From positions 145,905 to 209,904 of the forward strand of contig JBFWVR010000002.1 of the NCBI GenBank assembly GCA_050246635.1: 64,000 nt of DNA, given 5' to 3'. Within the stretch, counting starts at the first letter, position 1. Every line of letters starts with the position of its first letter. Shown here piece after piece: positions 58,893 through 64,000 of the stretch. Source of the stretch: Vicinamibacterales bacterium. GTDB lineage: Bacteria > Acidobacteriota > Vicinamibacteria > Vicinamibacterales > UBA2999. The translations under genes were made by a program, and so were the position numbers. A model generated the notes under the pieces. The model was given only the letters and a program-made list of their open reading frames with translations. It had not been told where the DNA came from and ran no database searches.

Positions 58893-60506
58893 TCAGGGCA
58901 AGGTGAGCGTCGGCGTGAACTGCGGGGCGATGCGGGCCTGCGTCTTCTGCTCGAGCGCGTACCCCCAGGCGAGCAGGTCGGCTTCGCTCCAGGGACGGCC
59001 CATGAACACGAGCCCGAGTGGCAGGCCGTGGGTGTCGCCCACCGGCACCGTCAGGCTCGGCGTGCCGGCCACCGCGGCCATCCCGTAGCCCGAGCCCACG
59101 AAGTGGTCACCGAGGACGAGATCCGTGGGCCACGCCGGCGACATGCTTGGCGCGATGAGCGCGTCGAACTTCCCGCGGTCCAGCGCGGCGATCAGGCCGT
59201 CCGCGCCGGCGAGCCGCCGCGCCTCCCGGCGCGAGCGCTGGTACAGCTCGTCGGTCAGCGGTCCCTTCGCCTCGGCCTGCTCGAACAGCTCCTGGCCGAA
59301 GAACGGCATCGCGTCCGCGGCGTGCGCCTGGTTCCAGGCAATCAGGTCCGCGAGCGTGCCGGGCGTGGCGCCGGCCGACGCGAGGTACCTGTTCAGCCCG
59401 TCCTTGAACTCGTACAGCAGGACCTCGTTCTCGGCCTGGCCCCACGCGTTGTAGCTCTCGATTGTCACGTCCTCGATCTCGGCGCCGGCCTCACGCATGG
59501 CAGCCACCGCGGATTCGAAGGCCGCGTCGACCTCGGGCTGGTACCCCATCGCCTGGCGGACGACGCCGAACCGGCGCCCCTTGAGCGCGCCGGCATCGAG
59601 GGCGGCCGTGTAGTCGGCCGCGACGTGCCCCTCGGCGGAAGGCCCTGCGGGATCAGCGGCATCCACACCCGACAGCCCGTTCAGCAGCAACGCGACATCG
59701 GTCACGGTGCGGCCCATCGGACCCGCGGTGTCCTGCGAGATCGAGATCGGGATCACGCCGCTGCGGCTCACGAGGCCGATGGTCGGCTTGAGCCCGACGA
59801 GGCCGTTGACAGACGAGGGGCAGATGATGCTGCCGTCGGTCTCGGTGCCGACGCCGATGGCGGCGAGGCTGGCCGCGATCGCGGACCCCGTGCCGGCGCT
59901 CGATCCACAGGGATTGCGATCCAGCACGTACGGGTTCTTCGTCTGGCCGCCGCGCGAGCTCCACCCGGAGGTCGAACGGGTCGAGCGGAAGTTGGCCCAC
60001 TCGCTCAGGTTCGCCTTGCCCAGGATGACGGCGCCCGCCTCGCGCAACCGCGCCGCGAGGAAGGCATCCGCCGCCGGGCGGTTGTCGGCCAGCGCGAGCG
60101 ACCCTCCCGAGTTCACCATGCCCGCGACGTCGATGTTGTCCTTCAGCAGCACCGGCAGGCCGTGCAGCGGCCCACGCACGCGGCCGGCCGCGCGTTCCGC
60201 ATCCAGTGCCCGCGCCTCGTCCAGCGCGTCGGGGTTCGTCTCGATCACCGCATTCAGCGTCGGCCCCGCATCGTCCACGGCCGCGATGCGATCGAGGTAC
60301 GCCTGGGTGAGCGCCTCGGACGTCAGCGTGCCGGCGTCCATCCGGGCACGCGCATCGGAGGCACTCAGCTCGACGACGTCCACGGCCGGCGCCTGCGCGG
60401 GCGCGGCGGCGGTGTCGGCGGCCGGGGGCTGCGAGCAGCCGGTGATGAGCAGGACGGTGACGAAGACGGGGGCGAACAGATCGGGGCGGCGGGACCGGTT
60501 GGACAC
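58893..60506 (-). CDS. Amidase-signature family amidase, lipoprotein
   Basis: Lipobox VLLITGC. AS signature GGSSAGTGSAIAASL and GTETDGSIICPS. Confidence 0.88.
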   Translation of the reverse strand: MSNRSRRPDLFAPVFVTVLLITGCSQPPAADTAAAPAQAPAVDVVELSASDARARMDAGTLTSEALTQAYLDRIAAVDDAGPTLNAVIETNPDALDEARALDAERAAGRVRGPLHGLPVLLKDNIDVAGMVNSGGSLALADNRPAADAFLAARLREAGAVILGKANLSEWANFRSTRSTSGWSSRGGQTKNPYVLDRNPCGSSAGTGSAIAASLAAIGVGTETDGSIICPSSVNGLVGLKPTIGLVSRSGVIPISISQDTAGPMGRTVTDVALLLNGLSGVDAADPAGPSAEGHVAADYTAALDAGALKGRRFGVVRQAMGYQPEVDAAFESAVAAMREAGAEIEDVTIESYNAWGQAENEVLLYEFKDGLNRYLASAGATPGTLADLIAWNQAHAADAMPFFGQELFEQAEAKGPLTDELYQRSRREARRLAGADGLIAALDRGKFDALIAPSMSPAWPTDLVLGDHFVGSGYGMAAVAGTPSLTVPVGDTHGLPLGLVFMGRPWSEADLLAWGYALEQKTQARIAPQFTPTLTLP

Positions 60507-60641
60507 GCGCTGATTATGTGGCTGGCGACGCGCATGTCAAGCAGGCGTGCGGGACCGGGACGCGGCTCTGCGCAAGGCGGCGACAGAGGGACGAGGGGAA
60601 CCGGCGCGCGGCTCCCGCCGCACGCCGGCCTCGGCAGGCGG

Positions 60642-61496
60642 TCAGGACGACAGCTTCACGTTGAGCCGCTCCGTGCGGCTCTCCGCGAGATCCACGTCGG
60701 TGCGGAAGGGCTGCATGCCCGCCCTGGTGACCTCGATGTGGTGGCGGCCGGCGGGAAGATGGACAACGAGTTCCGCCTGCGGCGCCGGCCACGCCTCGCC
60801 ATCGATCACGACGGAGGCATCGGCGGGCTGCACGTGGATCACGAGCACGCCGTACGGCGAGGCGGGCTGATCCACGCCCGACGGCAACGGCTCGAGCCAT
60901 TCCTCCGGCAACGGAGCCGGCTCCGGCATCGGCTCCTGCGGGGCGCCAGGGGGCAGCCGCCGCAGGTCGTACTTGATGTCGAAGGTGTCGCCACGCGTGA
61001 CGTACACCTTCCGGTGATAGGTCTCGTATCCCTCCAGGCGGATCTCGACGTCGTGCGGACCCGCCGGCACGTACAGGCGCTGGAACACGCCGTCGAAGTC
61101 GTCCACGAGCCCCGCATAGTAGCCGTTGAGGTAGACCTCGGCCTGTTCCGGCTTCACCTGGATCCGCAACGCGCCATCACTGAACCGCGGCGGCACGGCA
61201 AACGGTCCTGGATAGGGATAGAAGGGTCCGTAGTACGGCCCGTAGTAGAACCCGAAGTACGGGTGGTAGTAGAAGCTCAGGCGGGCGTCGACGGGAGGGA
61301 AGAAATAACGTCGCGGCACCGCCAGGTACCGCGGAGGCACCTCGTGACGGGCTGGAGGCCGCCGCGCCTCGGCGGTGGGCCGCCGTTGGTCGCCGGCAGG
61401 CGGACGGCGTTGCTGGCCATCCGCGGAGGGAACGAGGGGACCCGCCCACAGGGTCGCCGCGGCGACGAGCACCACGGCGAGAGTCTTGCGCAACAT
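60642..61496 (-). CDS. Secreted PEGA-domain protein with Tyr/Phe/Pro/Gly-rich segment
   Basis: Signal MLRKTLAVVLVAAATLWA. RYFFPPVDARLSFYYHPYFGFYYGPYYGPFYPYPGPF. Two PEGA-like domains (AEVYLNGYYAG...VPAGPHDVEI and ASVVIDGEAW...LPAGRHHIEV). Confidence 0.7.
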   Translation of the reverse strand: MLRKTLAVVLVAAATLWAGPLVPSADGQQRRPPAGDQRRPTAEARRPPARHEVPPRYLAVPRRYFFPPVDARLSFYYHPYFGFYYGPYYGPFYPYPGPFAVPPRFSDGALRIQVKPEQAEVYLNGYYAGLVDDFDGVFQRLYVPAGPHDVEIRLEGYETYHRKVYVTRGDTFDIKYDLRRLPPGAPQEPMPEPAPLPEEWLEPLPSGVDQPASPYGVLVIHVQPADASVVIDGEAWPAPQAELVVHLPAGRHHIEVTRAGMQPFRTDVDLAESRTERLNVKLSS

Positions 61497-61666
61497 GACG
61501 CACCCCGCTCGGGACACTGGCACCACTGGAGGAACAGCAAGTCCCATACCTCGTCGACCGGCCGCGACTGGCCGTCTTCCGGCGTGACGCCTGCCCGCGC
61601 CGAGGGACACGCGGCACCTGCCGGGGACACGGCGGCAGCCGCGCAGTCGTGCGATAGTTACGGGCG

Positions 61667-62407
61667 ATGTCGCTGCTTGCCTGGCTGCTTGCCACCGCCA
61701 TGGGCCTCTCGCTCGGCCTGCTGGGCGGCGGCGGCTCGATCCTGACGGTCCCGATCTTCACCTACGTCCTGGGCTACCCGCCGAAGCAGGCGATTGCGAT
61801 GAGCCTGCCGGTGGTGGGCCTGGCGGCGCTCGCGGGCGCGGTGCTGGGGTGGCGGCGGGGCACGTTGCCCCTCGGCCCGGCACTCACGGTGGGTGTCGCG
61901 ACGATGGCGGGGGCGTTTGCCGGGGCGCGTGCGGCGGCGTGGCTGGACGGCCGGACGCAGCTCGTGCTGCTGGGGATTGCAATGCTGTCGGCGGCCGGCG
62001 CGATGTGGCGGCGGGCCAGTCGCACCGAGTCGCTGCAGGAGGGCACGCAGCCGCACGCGTTGCTGATGGCGGCCGTGGGACTCGGTGTGGGGCTGCTCAC
62101 CGGCCTGGTCGGCATCGGCGGCGGCTTCATGATCGTGCCCGCGCTCGTGATTGCCGGCGGGCTGCCCATGCGGCAGGCCACGAGCGCGTCGCTGCTCATC
62201 ATCGCGCTCGGCGCCGCGTCCGGCCTGGCCGGGTACCTCGGGCAGGTCGAGATCCTCTGGAGCGTCGTCTTCTCGTTCGCGGCGGTGGCCGCGGTTGGCG
62301 TGCTTGCTGGCGGCGTGCTCGGCGGCCGCGTGTCTCCCCGCCGCCTGCAGCAGGGCTTTGCCGTCTTCCTGCTCGTGCTGGCCGCCTACATCCTCTGGCG
62401 CGGCTGA
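61667..62407 (+). CDS. TauE/SafE (DUF81) family anion exporter
   Basis: LGLLGGGGSILTVPIFTYVLGY and a second-half repeat GLVGIGGGFMIVPALV. Confidence 0.85.
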   Translation: MSLLAWLLATAMGLSLGLLGGGGSILTVPIFTYVLGYPPKQAIAMSLPVVGLAALAGAVLGWRRGTLPLGPALTVGVATMAGAFAGARAAAWLDGRTQLVLLGIAMLSAAGAMWRRASRTESLQEGTQPHALLMAAVGLGVGLLTGLVGIGGGFMIVPALVIAGGLPMRQATSASLLIIALGAASGLAGYLGQVEILWSVVFSFAAVAAVGVLAGGVLGGRVSPRRLQQGFAVFLLVLAAYILWRG

Positions 62408-62624
62408 CCGGCCCTCGACTCCGCTTGCCAGCACTGGTGTTCCACTGGCAGTGCCCAGGTATGAAGGTGGCCGGCGTTCTCGCGGATATCGAGTCCGGCC
62501 TGCGCCTCGTCCTCGGCTTGTAGTCTCTTCACGCGGGCTGACCGGCAGCGTTTGAGGCAGGAGCGAGGCCGTCAGGCGCGATACATCGTCGGCCGAGTGC
62601 CGGCCCCCACTGGCGACATGCGTT

Positions 62625-63491
62625 CTAGGCCACCACTGCGACGAAGGCGCCCCGTCGCCGGGCCGCGCGCAGCAGCAGCGCAAGAGCGAGCGTGGCAGTG
62701 ACAATCACCAGCCAGGAGCTCTCGGGACCGAACATCCCGCCGGTGAGCCAGTCGGGCCCGGCAAAGCGGCTTTCGAGTGGTGCCACCGTGCGCCAGTCCT
62801 CGATGCCGGAGAGCGGCACGCCGGCAAGCAGGATGGTGAAGTTCCAGGCGGCGTGATTGGCGGCCGCCACCCACAGGTTGCGCGTCAGGACGAACACCCC
62901 GGCCCAGAGCAGGCCCAACACGGTCACCGAGACCAGCATCGTCACCACATCGCGGATCCCGCCGCGTTCGACGTTTTCCAGATGCTGCAAGGCGAACGTG
63001 ACCGCCTGGACGACCAACGCCACCTTCGTTCCCCAGGCGCCTTCCAGGAGCCGGAACAACAGGCAGCGGTAAATAAGTTCTTCGAGGATCGCGGCGATGG
63101 CGATGACGACGGCCACGCCAAGCAGCGCCGGCGAGGCGCCGCGGAACAGCACCACTTCGTAGACGCCGAGCGCGAAGAGCACGGCCATCGGCAGCGCCAC
63201 GAGCGCTGCGCCGCCCGCGCCGCCAAGCATCAGGGGAACCGGACGCAGGTGCAGTTCGGTCGCCTTGCGCCGTTCATGCCAGTGCACGAACGCCCAGTAG
63301 CCGGCGACTGCCGTCAGGAGGATGCCCACGCGCCTGACGGCGCTGAGCGGTGCGGGCCCGGGATGGAACGCCGCTTCGATTAGCGGCAGCAGTCCCTGTC
63401 GAAAGATCAGGATCGATCCGAGAATCGCCACCCCACCCAGGAGGAGTGAGACGAGCAGGCGGCCGACAACGCGCATCTGACGTTGCGCCAT
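62625..63491 (-). CDS. CPBP-family intramembrane metalloprotease
   Basis: ILEELIYRCLLF, TFALQHL, NHAAWNF. Alternative start at 63545. Confidence 0.75.
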   Translation of the reverse strand: MAQRQMRVVGRLLVSLLLGGVAILGSILIFRQGLLPLIEAAFHPGPAPLSAVRRVGILLTAVAGYWAFVHWHERRKATELHLRPVPLMLGGAGGAALVALPMAVLFALGVYEVVLFRGASPALLGVAVVIAIAAILEELIYRCLLFRLLEGAWGTKVALVVQAVTFALQHLENVERGGIRDVVTMLVSVTVLGLLWAGVFVLTRNLWVAAANHAAWNFTILLAGVPLSGIEDWRTVAPLESRFAGPDWLTGGMFGPESSWLVIVTATLALALLLRAARRRGAFVAVVA

Positions 63492-63731
63492 GGTGCTGGT
63501 TGCGGGCGAATCGGTTCGGTTCAACTCAGTGGGCCCTGGCTCCACACGCGGACCATGATTCGTTATGCGAGCCGCACCGCCTCGCGCCCATCCGCGAGAG
63601 AGTCGCCTTCCTGGCCGGGCCTGGTTCGGCGAAGCCCAGACGTAAGCCGTTCAGCGCTTTCGACCACGCCTCCTCGGGCCCATGCGAGAGACACCGCAGC
63701 ACGTCCCACCTGAGTGCTCATCGCCTGCGGT

Positions 63732-64000
63732 CTATCGATTCTCTCGGGAGGTCTGGTGCTTGAGCTCCTGGGCGAGGCCGATGAGAATCCCTTCGGGACC
63801 GCGGATGTAGCAGAGCCGGTAGACATCCTGGTAGTCGACGACTTCGTCGACCACCGTCGCACCGAGCTTGCTGAGCCGCGCGATGGTGTCGTTGACGTCG
63901 TCCACGGTGAACATGACACGCAGGTATCCCAATGCGTTCACGGGGGCTGCGCGGTGATCGGAGGCAATGGCAGGAGCGTCGAAGCGCGAGAGCTCGAGGC
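63732..64000 (-). CDS. VOC (glyoxalase/bleomycin-resistance fold) protein, 5' end outside window
   Basis: The frame stays open to the window edge (..LELSRFDAPAIASDHRAAPVNALGYLRVMFTVDDVNDTIARL...LCYIRGPEGILIGLAQEL), which is a typical VOC beta-alpha-beta pattern. Confidence 0.6.
   Translation of the reverse strand, partial: LELSRFDAPAIASDHRAAPVNALGYLRVMFTVDDVNDTIARLSKLGATVVDEVVDYQDVYRLCYIRGPEGILIGLAQELKHQTSRENR

Overview
High-GC (about 70% by eye) chromosomal DNA, most likely from an Acidobacteriota genome: three tandem ADOP-type 'duplicated orphan permease' genes sit behind an acidobacterial-type PadR regulator. I call about 50 protein genes and found no rRNA, tRNA, CRISPR array, IS element, integrase or prophage gene. 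Gene content, in order: lon (partial), engB, rho; a polyamine pair aguB/aguA; a translationally coupled LigD-polymerase + DUF72 pair; a PLD/cardiolipin-synthase-like gene; rpmE; a MrfA/MrfB-like helicase + exonuclease pair; a TPR Ser/Thr kinase; padR + 3x ADOP; a LytS/LytTR two-component pair + RraA-like gene; a BNR/Asp-box protein; nrdJ - unknown gene - MFS - recQ; a sigma54 two-component system; and a tightly packed accC - BCCP - tamB - bamA - surA-like string. Six gene junctions are 1- or 4-nt overlaps (ATGA/GTGA/TGATG), and long antisense ORFs are GC-driven shadows. The most unusual signal is not a gene. Almost every larger intergenic gap is filled by arrays of 7-13-nt tandem repeats in six families that share an N-CAC + purine-run core. 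They are often arranged as inverted pairs able to form long hairpins. Two pairs bracket whole gene cassettes, one arm pair recurs with 43 nt of unit-for-unit identity about 8-9 kb away, and two 9-mer arrays run in frame into coding sequence. All functional calls rest on motif recognition by eye, with no database search or folding run. Start codons are the least certain coordinates.
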